Below, one piece after another: positions 1 through 11,580 of a stretch of DNA of 64,000 nt. Below the pieces are notes generated by a model. The model worked only from the letters and a program-made list of their open reading frames with translations. It did not search any database and had not been told where the DNA came from. Position numbers and translations under genes: made by a program. This DNA comes from Camelus dromedarius (Eukaryota), in NCBI RefSeq assembly GCF_036321535.1, contig NC_087436.1, forward strand, positions 77,936,001 to 78,000,000. Reading direction: 5' to 3'. Positions within the stretch are counted from its first letter, which is position 1, and every line of letters begins with the position of its first letter.

Positions 1-194
1 TCTACACTTTAAAAAATGCTTTTTTAGGGAAGAAGTAGAGGAATGTACAGTGGAGGATTCAGCTAGTGAGCAAAAAGCAGCAAAATATAAGGGGGAAATG
101 TATATAATGTGTGTAATATGTACATAACATATGTATATAATGTATATATTAGGGTATAGGGGAAAAGCTATTCAAATAACGAAGTACTAGTCTC

Positions 195-226
195 TGTGTG
201 TATGTGTGTGTGCGTGTGTGTGTGTG
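195..226. repeat. Imperfect (TG)n microsatellite
   Basis: tgtgtgtatgtgtgtgtgcgtgtgtgtgtgtg. Confidence 0.9.
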
Positions 227-794
227 AGTCTGAGAGAGACAGCAGGAAGATGCAGGCATGTGACCTTTTAAACGTTTGCTGCTACCATTTGGTCCCATTT
301 GAGAAACCAAGCTCCGTGTTACTAGGCATGCTTCCTTACCGAATCATATATTGCTAAATAAGTACTTATTCTTTTTAATAACTTCAAATGCCAGTGACAG
401 TAATTACCTGGCAAATAAAGATAGAATAAAGATCAGTCCTTTAAGGAAGAGAAAATTGCATTCTACCCACTACAGTCATTTGTCATGTAATTCAATCATT
501 AGTTTCATTTCAGCTTTCTTGCAGGCAAGTCCTAATAAACCACTTCATTTTGGGCAAAACTCTAGAGGGGAAACATATTAAGCCATATTAGGCGGAACTG
601 TCCTACCAAATTCAGAACCCATCTCAATTATACACAGGGCACACCTGGATCCACTGACTGCCAAAAAAAAAAAAATCCCTAAAGTCCCAGGCAAGAAGCA
701 ACAAGTCCCAACCCAAGCTCACACTCCTTCCCACGGAGGGAGATAATTTTTTCAGTAGAGGAAAATTTTTTTTTCCTATTTCCTAACTGATTAG

Positions 795-1060
795 TTTGTT
801 CACTCATTCGTTCATTCATTCATTCAAATACACCTAAGTGCCTATTAAATGCCAGGCACTGGGCTAGGAGCTAAGGATGCTGCGTGAACAAAAGAGGCAC
901 AGCAGGGAGTCTAGTGGGGAAAACAAGCCATAAAGAAAGCAAGCAATGACTAATCACAGAGGGCTATGAAGGTAACAGTGGTGACGGCCAATAATAGGGG
1001 TGGGCAATGATCGTGGCTGGGGTGGTGAGGGAAGGTCTCTCTGAGGACAGACACTTAAGC
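795..1060 (-). mobile_element. L2 LINE 3' fragment
   Basis: (cattcatt)n tail followed by ...tgccaggcactgggctagg..., the typical reverse-complemented L2 3' end. Confidence 0.75.
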
Positions 1061-2862
1061 ATGTGATAGAAGCAAGAACTGAGGGAAAAAGCATCCATCA
1101 CAAAAGTTTAGAACTGAAAGGGGCATTACTACAGGGAAGTTACCTCTATGATTTAAGAAATGAAGAAGGGGCAGGGAATTTAGGAGACTCACCAAAGCAC
1201 TCAGATCAATCAGCCAAGTGTGGACCCAACTCCAAATACTGGATATAAGTAGCTGAAGGAACATCTCACTGGGAAACCCAACCTGATCAAGGCAGGTGAC
1301 AACTCTCCACTCAAGCCTCAGGTGAACCAGCTTCTTGGTTAGACCTGGCTCATCTTCTCATCTCTTTCCACACTCAAAACCATCTGAAAACCTCAAGGTT
1401 TATCAAGGATTTGTTATTAACACAGGAGGGCTGATAAGAAGCCGAGGCACAAGGCTGTCTGGTGCCCTGGCCTGGTTCCACCCAATTCCTGAGTAGCTTG
1501 ATCCTGTTAAAAGGATCAGATGCAATCTGGTCAACACAGGTAGAAATGACCCCCTCATGGGCTCCCATGACAGGAACAAAAAGCCATCCATTTGGCATTT
1601 TATCTGAAAAAGATTCTTAAGGTGCTCCTCTGGGGAAGAACCAAGTCACTATTTCTACCTTTTAAAAAGGCAATAGAGGGGAGGTCAGTTAACTGCCATA
1701 CCAAGTTAAGTTGTAATTAATTGTACCTAAATGTTTCTTAACTGAAATGAAACAATGACTGAGACACGGCTCAACCTTCACACGAGAAAAAGTCCTTATG
1801 ATGCCACTAATCTTTTGAGCAGCTTTTCATAAACTTAGGTCACTAAGCCAGCGCACACCCTGCCAAGCAAACCAACAGCTCACCCTGTGAAGATAAAATT
1901 TACTTACAAGACTATGATGCTTAACTTTTGCCTTTGTGAGTGAAGGACCTACCAATTCCTACCTGGTAGAACCTGTTATGCGCAAACTAGCAAAACGATT
2001 AGAACAGTTGTAACTTGCAAAAGGACTCAGGACCACTCATTCAGCCTTAAAGAAGCAACGGCTGCCTGGAGCACCAGCGTTCAATGTAATGTCATAGGGG
2101 AACTGTAAAAGGACGCAAGTGCAGATTTTTCAAGTACTAATCTTGTATAATTTTAGTATGATTTTTTTTTAAGTCAGAGAAAGTCTATTAAAATGGACTC
2201 ATGAGAAGCAGACAAAATAGGCAGAATGTCTTGTTACATGATCTTTATAGCCCAGCTCTGAAAGAATGATTTCTCCAGGAGGGTCGTTCATAATGCAAAA
2301 TGTATTTTAAGACAATGAAACAAGACATCACTGCCATTGCCAAGTGCTTTATCTTTTTCTACGTGAACATGTTATGTCTGTGCCTCAGAAACGTGTTCCC
2401 AGGAGCTCGCCAGCAACACAGAAACTACAAAGACATCCCTGCCCAACAAGCCTCAGCACAGCACACCAGCCCTCCAGGCCTGCTTCAAAGAGGAGAGCTT
2501 TGAATTTGTCAGAGCTGGTTAGTGCTTATCAAAGGCTCAAGTGAGAGAAGAGATATTTATGAAAGATTATCTAACAGCCTTACTTTCCATCTCCTCCTAG
2601 TCTAGCTGCGAGCCTTGAATCGACTTCTGGCCACAAGACTTGGAACCTTTTTTCTTTGTCTTCTCCACTCCCAAAGAATTAGCTTTGCTAATTTATACTT
2701 TAATCTTATGGCTTCAGTTTTGTTTTGTTTTGTTTTATCAAGGAACATTTGTTATAAACACTATACAGAGCACTTTTTCATGATCCTATTCACAAAGTCC
2801 TTGTCAGAAAGCTTTTTAAAATTTCATTTAATTAATGCCATGAAGAATTAGTGTGCTTTTTC

Positions 2863-2985
2863 GGGGGGGGGGTGATTAGGTTTATTTATTTTAATCATTT
2901 TTATTTTAATGGCAGTATTGGGGATTGAACCCATGACCTCATGCATGCTAAGCATGCGCTCTACCACTTGAGCTATACCCTCCCC
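2863..2985 (-). mobile_element. tRNA-Ala-derived SINE, camelid Vic-1 type
   Basis: Minus strand reads ggggagggtatagctcaagtggtagagcgcatgcttagcatgcatgaggtcatgggttcaatcccc (A and B boxes, AGC anticodon), then an AT-rich tail ending aaacctaatcacccccc. Confidence 0.85.
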
Positions 2986-3557
2986 ACCCTTTTTTCTTTT
3001 CTGACAGTGAAAATTATATAACCAATTGTATTTCCCTTTTATCTGGAGCTTACAGTCAAATCACAGCAATCTTGTCCTACTGTGCTGGTTCTCAATATTA
3101 GCATATTTGTTTTCTCTCTTCCATGGAATAAACTATTTCTGATTTATTAATCTATTACTTATTACCTGTTAATATATAAATGTTTTTTTACATGTACTAG
3201 TGTTTACATCTACTGGTGTGATATTTATTATCTAACTTGGGTCAAACCTTCTTGGAAGGAAGAAAGGGATAAGTAAAATAAAATGAAAACACACTTGCAA
3301 CATGAATCCTGTGCATGAATTGACATGACCACACCCCCGAATTAATCACATAGAACTCAAGATCACATCCCTTTGAAGTGGGATTCCATCATCATCTGCC
3401 TTTGACACACGAAGCAGACCAATATGCTATGAAGAGGACTTGCCCAAAGGCAAAACAGAAAAGACACAGTGGAGATTCTGATGCAGAATTTAGTACCACT
3501 TCCCACCAAGACCCTGCCTGGAAATCTGAGTTGTTGTACTCAATTCAGGTTACCAAC

Positions 3558-3695
3558 CTCCTCGCCACTGGCTATTCGGTGAGCCAGATCTTTTAAGTTT
3601 CTCATCATTCTTTCATCCCGAAAATCATAAGGAAATGTTTCTGTCCATTCTGTCAGGAGTTGAAGAATCTTGGGTGCAATTTTTCTTATCTGGTT
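3558..3695 (-). CDS. RASGEF1B: RASGEF1B exon 4 (codons 101-146); the gene continues beyond the left edge of the window
   Basis: Translated by hand (not in the ORF track): NQIRKIAPKILQLLTEWTETFPYDFRDERMMRNLKDLAHRIASGEE. Acceptor cttcctag|AAC; donor GAG|gttggt; 138 nt, phase 0. Confidence 0.96.
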
Positions 3696-4054
3696 CTAGG
3701 AAGAAAAAGCAAATATAATTCAGCGATAGCTCTCAAATAAATAACTGCGAACAGCGCCATTGATAAATTTCCAGTGCAAAGTCTTTGGGGTTAAAGAAGC
3801 TCTAGTCCCCCTCCCCCAAGTCAATGCCAATTGCTACCAACTAAAGGCAGGACCTAGGGATCTTCCGTGGCACTAGATTTATATTGTGTTCTTTACACCA
3901 TCCCCAGTTCCCTTTGCATAGCCGGGATACCATTCCTGGACCTCAGCCTGGGGATAAGCTATGGTTAGTGGAGGAAACCAACTTCACAAAATCTAAGCCA
4001 AAAAGTTACCAAACCTAACAGAAAAAAACTGTAAAGTTCAAAACACACCATTAC

Positions 4055-4177
4055 CTTATCACCATTAGGATCACTTAGTCTCTGGTGCTCAACACATAAG
4101 TGGCAAACTTTGGCCATTAGCTCATATGGATGCATAAATAACCGAGAACTGAGTAGGAAGGTAAATATGTACGTTCT
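4055..4177 (-). CDS. RASGEF1B: RASGEF1B exon 3 (codons 60-100, REM/RasGEF_N domain)
   Basis: RTYIFTFLLSSRLFMHPYELMAKVCHLCVEHQRLSDPNGDK. Acceptor tttgccacag|AGA after a polypyrimidine tract; donor AAG|gtaatg; 123 nt, in frame with exon 2. Confidence 0.97.
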
Positions 4178-5870
4178 CTGTGGCAAAAGAAAACAAAAAG
4201 TCATTGTTTCACTCTCTCTGAAACTAGTATCTTTCCTATAAATTTTACATCTTGTTTCATTAAGCTCTCTTAAAGTTAAAACGCTGTTTCAAAAGTGATG
4301 CTTACTAGTAGTAAAACAACCCGAGACGGAGTTTTCCTTTACCTTCAGATGTATCATTCCCCTTGAGCTATACTAAAAATAACAGAGGTACAGGGTAAGT
4401 TTCACTACTGAATTATTCACAGCACATTTTTACGTCTATCCTCTGGGAGCCAGGATACCAGGACACATAACTTGGTCTAGTAAAAAAGAATGAAGTTCAG
4501 CCTGAGGAGATAAATCTAACTTAAATACACCACCCGTACAGAATCTCTTTCTGTGTCCAAATATTATGGTAACCCAGTGGAAGCCAAAAAAACAAAAAAA
4601 CAAAAGAACACTCAACCCACACCAACTCAAGAATTCTCCAGTGTGTCCATTATAACACACTGGAGCATTTGTGCGCTTGTGTCAGAATGTTCAAAGACTG
4701 GCTTTCAAATAATCTACTGACTTGCTCAAAGGCTAAGCAATTTGATAAAACACAATAACACCCTATATACTTTTCTTTAACCACATTGTCTCCCAAGAAG
4801 CCAGTAATGAAGTAGTGCTTATTTGTTATAATAGTTTCAGACTCCCCAATAAAAAGAAAAATTCCACGGGGTTTTCTCCCCCTTCGGCGCCTTCTGTAGC
4901 TCATAAACACTTACAGGGCTGAACAAGGGATGCCTTTTACTTTTGATTACAAGTTTTCCCTGTGTGGCAACATATTTGAAAACGCTATGTAACAAATCAC
5001 ATACAGAGAGATAACTCAGTAAGAAACACTATGGTGAGCTACAGAGTCAAGCACAAACGATCCTTTCCACACCAAGGTCATTATTACATTTATAAAAACG
5101 TGTGTATCTTGTGTCTGGCTATTTTCATGAAATCTTTATCAACAACCAGCTTTTGAGTAACTAGGGCAGCTGCAGCACAAGGAAAGGGGATAAAACTATC
5201 ACTTGCCCCAGAAATAAAACACCTGGCTTTGATGGCTGATGCTGGGAGTGAGATCATGTGTAAATTATGCAACATTTCAAATTCCAATTTTCTCCTTTCC
5301 AGTCTCTTGGAATTGCTATAAAGGCTGAGAAAATGTAAATGAATTTCCTAAATTAGAAAATATTATCTATACAAATGTTGGTTATCAAAGTAAAACAAAA
5401 CATAAGCAAGCAATGTTGTCTGATGTCCAATCAATAAAGAATTGCATCTTGAATATTGTTTCTGCTCTCTTTTTTATGAAGTTTCCCTGTGTAACTTCCC
5501 TTTTCTCAGCACAGTGATAGTCTTGGAAACAAAAAAGGGACTAAACATTCAAGCAGCATCCAATGTTCTCCAGTGTTTCTATTTAAGGACCAAGGTGTAT
5601 GTATGAATCAAACCTTACAGAAACTTCACTGAGATGGTATCTGACGGCCTACAATGTGATATCAACCCTTAAAAAAAAAAAACTGATACGCAGATATATC
5701 ACATCCAAGCTCAGTCTGATCTCAAAGCACTCAATAATCAAGATGCAATATTTCATTAGGAAATCCTGAGAAGCCTAGACATAACTCCGTAGTATCTAGG
5801 GTCCCTGTCTACTCTGTTGGAATCTCTACTGGACACCAAGGATGTGTTTCAGAGGCACGTGGATACCTAC

Positions 5871-6047
5871 ATCCGGATAGTAATCCACGTTGGGTACTAA
5901 GTGCTGGATGAGAGCTTCCAGGGATCCGGAGAGGAGGTTGTTGTCATGGTAACACAACCCTCCACAGCTGTCCTCTGCAGACTGATAGAGGTTTCTGTTG
6001 TAGCCACTACTGTCAAACATTGCTGAAAAGGGAGGAGTCTGAGGCAT
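5871..6047 (-). CDS. RASGEF1B: RASGEF1B exon 2, coding part (codons 1-59). The full exon is 5871-6053 and includes 6 nt of 5'UTR (GAAAGC)
   Basis: Translation MPQTPPFSAMFDSSGYNRNLYQSAEDSCGGLCYHDNNLLSGSLEALIQHLVPNVDYYPD matches the RasGEF1B N-terminus as I recall it. Acceptor ttttag|GAAAGCATG at 6054/6053; donor GAT|gtaggt at 5871/5870; 177 coding nt, phase 0. Confidence 0.97.
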
Positions 6048-8104
6048 GCTTTCCTAAAATGAATTTAAAAAGAAAAAACAAAACATAGTGTCAGTAATAT
6101 GCAGTCCAAAAGAAAAGTAAACTTTAACAGGCATTAGGCTTCCAAAGTAATGAAACAGGCAATTTTAGAAACAGGTTAAGTGCTGAGACAATATCAGAAC
6201 CCAGCAAGAAGCAAACTGCTCTCTGAATAGCGTATTTTTGAGTACTAATCTCATCCAATCAAATACCATAAAATACCTGGATCAAAAGATCCAATCTGCC
6301 CCTAGATTCAAGTCTCTGGCTGCCATGTGCAGATATCACTCCTTCACATTCGCTTGTGGAGGGGAACTCAGCTTCAATCTGCTTTATCACACTGAGTCAA
6401 GCACTATCCTAAGGTGGAAAGGCGTACGCCTTCAGAGTTGGTTGGGAAGAGTAACACAACACTTAAGAAATAGAGAACTAGCACTGGGGCATAGGAGGAG
6501 AAAACCAAAACAGAAGATGAAAAAATGAAATGATAAAAGAGGCCTCAAATTAAAGGACATAGTCTGTGTCTGTGTGTGTGTGTTTACAGATGTATGTACA
6601 TACCAAGAGATTTAATGCTGACTTTCCAGCTTTCACTGGAAGATCAGATACTACTGATTCACCCCTTGTGTCAAATTCTTTTGGGGTTGGAGGGCTCTAT
6701 AAAGCCTCGGTTCTCAGTAAACACACGGGCCAAGAAAGCACCTGATCTGGGGAACAAGAGCACTGTGCCGTCCTCTCCATCTGTGCGCTCTGCAGCTCAC
6801 AAAGCCCTTGTGAGAGGGCGCTCAGTGGGGGCCAGGCGCTATTAAATTATTACTTGGATTCCTAGGGACAGAGCTCCCGGCCAGAAAACAAGACTCCCGG
6901 TTTCTGGCAGCCTGTCTGGACAATGGAGGCTTTCAGGAGCTGACGAGACTGAGGGTTTCAGAGGCAAACAATGAGGGGAAGCCCAAATCCAGGTCTCCAG
7001 GACTGACAGGGATGGGGTGCATGGAGGCTGCAGGAGGACACAACCTGGGCTGATCCTTCTTTTCGAGATGCTGAAAGATACTTGCACCCGAATGGGGGAG
7101 GGGGGTGGAGTCTGAGAGACACACGCATCACTCCTAGCGCATCTGTTCCAGCTCCAGCTAACAGGGGTCACAGCATTGTCACTATATGTGTGTGTGCCAG
7201 GGCAGGGGGTGGCCAGGGGTGGGGTGTTGGAAAAAACAACGTCCACTATAGGGCCAGCCTGGCAGATGAAAATGGCCTTTAGGGAAAGGAACACCAAGAA
7301 AGAGAAACAGGAAAGAAGCTTCAGCATTTTCTGCTCTATCCCATCCACAAAATCATGCTAAGGGAGTTTGTAAAATGATCCATGAAAAAATAGCCACATT
7401 TGGGAAGACAGAGAGGATGGAGACTCACTTTGTCTGGGGAGACATGTCACTACCAGAGCCATCATTGCCATCCCTCTCACTTGGGCAGGACATGATCACA
7501 GCCTAAGGATCAGGAGCTACGGGATGTAAACGTTAACACACATGCCCCGCACTTGGTAAGACCTCACACGTAGAAATTACGGTGAAATAAATAACTCAAT
7601 GTTAATATTTTATAAGGCAACGGACAAAGTTATGTTTCCACCCTCTTCCAATTGCCAGTTTTCTGTGAGTATGATGCACGTGCAGTACAATCTCCATAAA
7701 TGTGTTGTCCTTGGTGGGAAGAGAAACAGGAGGCCATGTACCGTTCCCCTGAGATGCTCAAAACTGAGACTCGGGACCTGAGATGAGAAACAACTAAAAG
7801 CCACTTCTGATGGCCTGGAAGGAACCTTCTGTCTGGATGTGGTTACCCGTCTCTGGCTTAAAAAGGTTTAGATGGTTAAAACCACACAGCATCCCTGGTA
7901 TCCAGGACGACAAGTAGAACTCACTCTGTCATGCTCTTTCGAGTTTTTTTTTTTTTTTTTTTTTCTGCCAAGAACTATGAATTTTCCTTGATTTCTCCAC
8001 TTCTTTATTGCTCCTGAAACTATCCCAATAAAGTGCTTTGAGGAGATGATTGGCCAAGTTTGGGAATTTCAGAAAAATCAGAAAATGTTAAAAGAAATAA
8101 TCTG

Positions 8105-8300
8105 GTTCAAGACGGAAAATAGATTGCATTTCACTTTCTAACTGCAATCAATCAGAAGTGGCTGCCCAGAGGCAAGGATGAGCGGGAAGGACTGAAAGGC
8201 TGTACTGGGGGGCGGAATGTGTCCTGAGGGATTAGCGGTGACTGCAAAACAGTCTATGGGAGAAGCCAAGCCCGAAGCATCATGGTAGTCGGGTCCACTG
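8105..8300 (+). mobile_element. Degraded hAT-Charlie (Charlie4z-like) fossil
   Basis: Partial similarity to the recalled consensus (aaatag...tttca...agtggctgcc...gattagcg). Confidence 0.4.
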
Positions 8301-8303
8301 CAC

Positions 8304-8323
8304 TCTGCACATCGATGTGCAGA
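8304..8323. repeat. Perfect 20-bp palindrome TCTGCACATCGATGTGCAGA
   Basis: Self-complementary 10+10 bp with no spacer. Confidence 0.95.
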
Positions 8324-9812
8324 CTGAGACCCTGAGACCTAGGAGGTGAGGGAAGTGACAAGGCAAGGATCACACAGCCATTTGGCTATAGCACCAGGTG
8401 AGCCCAGTGGAGCTCCCTAGAATAGTGTACTCCTGCTGCCTTTGGTTGATTGACAGGAAGCACTAACACACAAAATAGTCACAAGTCACTCAGGCTTCCC
8501 TTTCAAAGAATCAGCACCAAACGCCATCAAGCATTTGTGCTTTGTAACTATTTACTCCCATAAAGTGGACAAGAACTCAGATTTAATGAAGTCCTAATCT
8601 GGGGCTTAACAGCTGTGAAAACATCAGAAAGTCGTTTACTTTACTCCCCACCCCAAGTATGTTTGTCATCTGGAAAATTACTTCCAATTTTGCTCCCTCC
8701 TTCCATAATTCTAAATGATAACACCACCACCAATTTTCTTCATAGCAAAGTTAGAGTATTTTTAGAGCAATGACAAAAAGCTTTTGTATTGTTCCCTGGA
8801 AATCTGTCACAAGATTTCTTTGAGGAGGTACAAAATATCAACACAGTAAAAAAAACCCAAAACACAAAACACCTCTCCAACCAGGCACCAAAAGAAAATA
8901 CTGCCAATAGCAACAGACACCAAACGGAGATGAGTTAGCTGGGGTTACAGTTTATTATACTTAAAAATTACATTTAGGAAGAGTATTTATCACAGATCGT
9001 TTTCTGTCTCTTCTAATTGGCCCAAAGTTCTGTTGCTAATCGCTGACTGATTTAACCATGAACCACCCTTGATTGTTGAACTTGTATATTGTGGCAACCA
9101 ACTGCTGAGATTTATGTCACTCCCAGAGACCCCAGCCCCTTACTTGTGCAAAATGTGGTCCTGTCTTCCTACCTTGCCATATACTTTCAACTCCTTAGGC
9201 TGTCTCCCCCTTCCTTAGTCGTACGTTCTTCTACTGTGGAATCCTGGGTGCTGGAAAAGGTCCCTCTTTTCCACAGTCCTTCATTCCTCTGATTCCCCCG
9301 AGAATGCGCCCCAAGAGACACCGAGATGCGCGGGGCGGAAGGCTCTGAGAATGTCAGCACTCCCGTTGCGTAAGGCTCACTGCCTGCGGATGCCTTTCTG
9401 GATACTCCATCTGCCTTGTTTGGCAGGGATTCTCACTGTGTTTTGACTGCATAAGCTGAGGTTCAGAACAACTGAACAGCCCGGCTGTGGTTGAACACTG
9501 GGTAAAGGACAAACAAGGCAGGGTCTCAAACCTAGGTCTTCAGATTCTGGGCTCAAATTTTATTACACTACATCAAGTTATCCTGCAAATGGTCTTCTTT
9601 GAACTTCTAATGTTTAGCCATAAAATGAAAAGCCTGTCAGTCTGTCCCAAATTGTAGGCTATTAGGATAATTTATAGGTTTTACACGTTCTGCGTAAATC
9701 CTTGCTCCAAAGACGTATTCATGCCATTAATTACTCTTATTAAAAAGCAACACTGTCGACAAAAGTATTTAGACTACTGACCTTTGCAATCAAAACCTAG
9801 TCCTCTCTAGGC

Positions 9813-9990
9813 AGAGATTTCAGAGATTCTAATAGACACTTCTTTATATTTTAGTATCTTTGAAATTGGGATGCACTTCAATAGTCAAGTGATAAGAAAA
9901 TCTGTTTAGTTGACAGTGGTTTTTTTAGCAATATATGAAATAAAAGAGCATCTTACAATGGATGATACCTTAGATGCAAGGAAATACAGT
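9813..9990. mobile_element. MER104-like (TcMar-Tc2) DNA transposon fossil
   Basis: tgaaattgggatgcac ... gcatcttacaatggatg ... cttagatgcaaggaaatacagt resembles the MER104 consensus. Confidence 0.6.
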
Positions 9991-11553
9991 GATACTTGCC
10001 TGTGTGTGCTTCATAGATTTCCAGTCAAAAAAGTCTGATGAGACAAATGATCAAAAGAAAGATCATGGACCACAGTTTTCATAACTAATTTCTGGACAAT
10101 CTCTAACAAGTGATTTTCTGGAAAGATCAACTGCCTTGTGTAATAGATGCGCTTGATAAACACGGAGAAAGGTCAGCAGAACAGTACAGAGAGTACTGTT
10201 TGTGAAGTGTATTTTTAAATATCTAAGAAGATAAACAGTGTAGATTTTTTTTCTCAAGTATCTTTCCTCCTATTACCCACATCGAGAACCACTGTTGGCT
10301 CAGTATTACTCAAATTTGATGTCCAGGACTTTAGTTCTATTTGCTTCAGTTCTGGAATTAAAAAGTGAGTCTCAGAAGATTAAATATTGGCTTAGTTCTT
10401 GTTTAAGAAGATAAACTCATACAATTTCCAAGTACTGGACATGAGGGTCCAGAGACACTTTCACCCCTGGGTGCTACCGACTCCAGGAATCATCTGCTAA
10501 CACTTTCCCCAGCGGAAGACGGACTGAGGGAGAGGCTGCTCCTACCCCACAGCTTCCACTTATTTTTTAATCTCAACATAGTTCTGATTTCTTCTTTTCT
10601 ACAGCAAACCTCTTTACAGCTCTCACAATTACTATTTTCTGTCTCTTGGGTTCTGGAAACTCTCAATTTACCTTTCTCTACCCTTTCCAACATAATCTCA
10701 AAACCAACTTCTCCACTATCTGCCATCCTTCCTCAGCACAAATTTTGCCCAACCCAAGGGCCCTATCTGTGGGGACCTGTTAACCAAAACTCTGGTTTAA
10801 GAAAAGCTGACTTTCCCCCCAAATCAGCATGTGTGACTGCATTAAATAAAGTACCGGCATTAATATATTGTTAAGTCAAACTTCAAAGTGGTTAACTCCT
10901 TTGGGAAAAGTGAGATTTCTATGAGACACTTGAAAAAGCTCCTGACTTTATTCAAATCACTATCAATAAGATAAGGCAGAGGACAGGTTAATCTCACAAG
11001 CAATTCTCACCTTGCAAAGTTTCCTCTGGAAGTCAGTTCCTGGAAACTCAGAATATATTCTATTTGGCCAGTGGCTCTGAACTTTTAGGGAGATCACCAA
11101 CTTCTCCACACACTGCCCCCCGAGAAATATATCAACAAGTCTGCATACACTTTCAGGGAGTTCAGACCCCAGATTAGGAAGTACTGTGTTGTACATGTGC
11201 TGGCCTGTCCAGAACCTAGACAGTGTCTATCTCCTTATCCTCACAGAAGTAGAACAAGATGGTTCTGAAGGGAAACTTGGTCTAACACATTCAAGACTGG
11301 CTGCTCAGAAATCAAGGAATACTTGTATCTCCTAGTAGTACCAATCTAATGGATTTAAAGAGAATTAAAAAGACACTTCTTTTAGTTTGGGTAGAGAGAT
11401 TTAAATAGGCCTTTTTTCCTCCTAAGTTGAGGCAGCCCTGTGGGAAAGGGAGGATGTAAGGAGACACTGGGAAACAGATTTTGGTTTTAAAACAATGAAC
11501 CATGCAAATAGAAAGCTCTGAGCCACCCAAATTAGCATACAGATTATAGGTTC

Positions 11554-11580
11554 TTCTGGGAAATTCCCCAAGAGGAAGTA
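11554..11580. promoter_or_regulatory. Candidate intronic immune enhancer core: GAS + kB + PU.1/ETS
   Basis: TTCTGGGAA (11554-11562) overlaps GGGAAATTCCCC (11558-11569), which abuts AAGAGGAAGT (11570-11579). Confidence 0.5.

Noticed and set aside
2910..2985. Possible tRNA-Ala(AGC) gene
   Set aside because: The acceptor stem does not pair properly and the sequence continues into a SINE-type tail, so it is a tRNA-derived SINE.
1..3557. RASGEF1B exon 5
   Set aside because: I found no segment encoding the expected continuation (QTYRKNVQQ..., from recall); it probably lies beyond the window edge.
3965..4204. 79-aa ORF as a standalone gene
   Set aside because: Only 4055-4177 is exon 3; the flanks are the polypyrimidine tract and intron.
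5826..5870. C-terminal part of the 73-aa ORF (VGIHVPLKHILGVQ)
   Set aside because: Intron read-through past the GT donor at 5870.
6842..7348. 168-aa minus-strand ORF in intron 1 (also the 167-aa ORF at 50814-51317)
   Set aside because: No homology I recognise, no convincing exon structure; length is compatible with chance given alternative start codons.
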